Positions 7,331 through 7,698 of a stretch of DNA of 7,698 nucleotides are shown one piece after another; position 1 is the first letter of the stretch; each line of letters opens with the position of its first letter. The notes under the pieces are model-generated. The model had not been told where the DNA came from, made no database searches, and saw nothing but the letters and a program-made list of their open reading frames with translations. A program made the translations under genes and the position numbers. Source of the stretch: Geosiphon pyriformis uo1 (lineage: Eukaryota > Fungi > Glomeromycota); contig JAAOMT010000406.1 in the NCBI GenBank assembly GCA_016748015.1, forward strand, positions 5,077 to 12,774. Reading direction: 5' to 3'.

Positions 7331-7403
7331 TTACCTCCACTTATTTAATTCAAAAATAACAATAAATTTGAAGTTAATAAAATATTGAAATTAAAAAGAG
7401 TAA
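7331..7403 (+). pseudogene. Proline-rich linker and N-terminal part of integrase chromodomain, truncated
   Basis: Same frame as 7109-7300: LPPLI*FKNNNKFEVNKILKLKR, resembling PPPP...E(F/Y)EVExILDSR of chromovirus chromodomains. Confidence 0.7.
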
Positions 7404-7698
7404 AAAAGCTATATTTTGCAAATTTGGCTAAATAATTTTGTCAAAGGCGTGGATTTGAGTTAATTACTCTTTTTATCTTTTTTTATTCTTTAGCTAGTTT
7501 ATTTGCGAAACATATTATTTTCACTAGGCAATAAAAAAATACTTTTGGGGTTCGGAATTATTTATTGTCATTGCGAATGGTGATTAATGTCATTTTTCTT
7601 TAACAGATAGATTTACATCATTTCGGATGGGTTTATTTAATGTCGCCGGATAGTCTTCACATCGTTCCGGAAGTGTTACGTCATACTGGATGAAAAAA
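7404..7698 (-). repeat. Unclassified interspersed repeat, copy 3, inverted (right-truncated by window), interrupting the Gypsy chromodomain
   Basis: Reverse complement of 206-500. Confidence 0.95.

Larger units (their letters stand above)
6235..7403 (+). mobile_element. Degenerate Ty3/Gypsy (chromovirus-type) retrotransposon, 3' part (end of RH, integrase, start of chromodomain)
   Basis: Continues in frame from 3813 across the pogo insertion; integrase after RNase H gives Gypsy domain order; truncated by the repeat starting at ~7404. Confidence 0.92.

Noticed and set aside
4416-7403. Alternative genetic code or stop read-through
   Set aside because: All three stop types occur, replacing different residues (R, W, Q), alongside frameshifts and catalytic-site changes; decay explains it.
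838-7698. Copies 2 and 3 as the LTRs of the Gypsy element
   Set aside because: They are inverted rather than direct, copy 3 cuts the chromodomain, and no PBS, PPT or TG..CA ends are evident.

Overview
AT-rich eukaryotic repeat region (fungus or non-seed plant most plausible; host cannot be fixed from sequence) with no intact genes. It is a nest of dead transposons. (1) A heavily G:C->A:T-eroded Ty3/Gypsy chromovirus-type LTR retrotransposon internal region on the + strand, invisible in the ORF track: gag with CCHC knuckle, protease, partial RT, RNase H, integrase and the start of a chromodomain, ~2100-3813 and 6235-7403. (2) A complete 2419-bp pogo/Tigger-like (IS630-Tc1-mariner, DD31D) DNA transposon at 3814-6232 with 25-bp TIRs and a TA target duplication, inserted in the RNase H catalytic D-H motif. 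All four listed ORFs are fragments of its single pseudogenised transposase. It carries a 57-bp x ~4.7 tandem array and complex subterminal repeats. (3) Three partial copies of an unclassified >=500-bp repeat with a tRNA T-arm/B-box-like motif and ~23-bp subrepeats (1-500, 838-1333, inverted 7404-7698). 206-668 is an apparently exact inverted copy of 7236-7698 ending at a 20-N gap, pointing to a repeat-mediated inversion or an assembly artefact. I found no convincing evidence of a novel functional gene system; the best leads are the unclassified repeat, the array inside the pogo element and the mutational layering.
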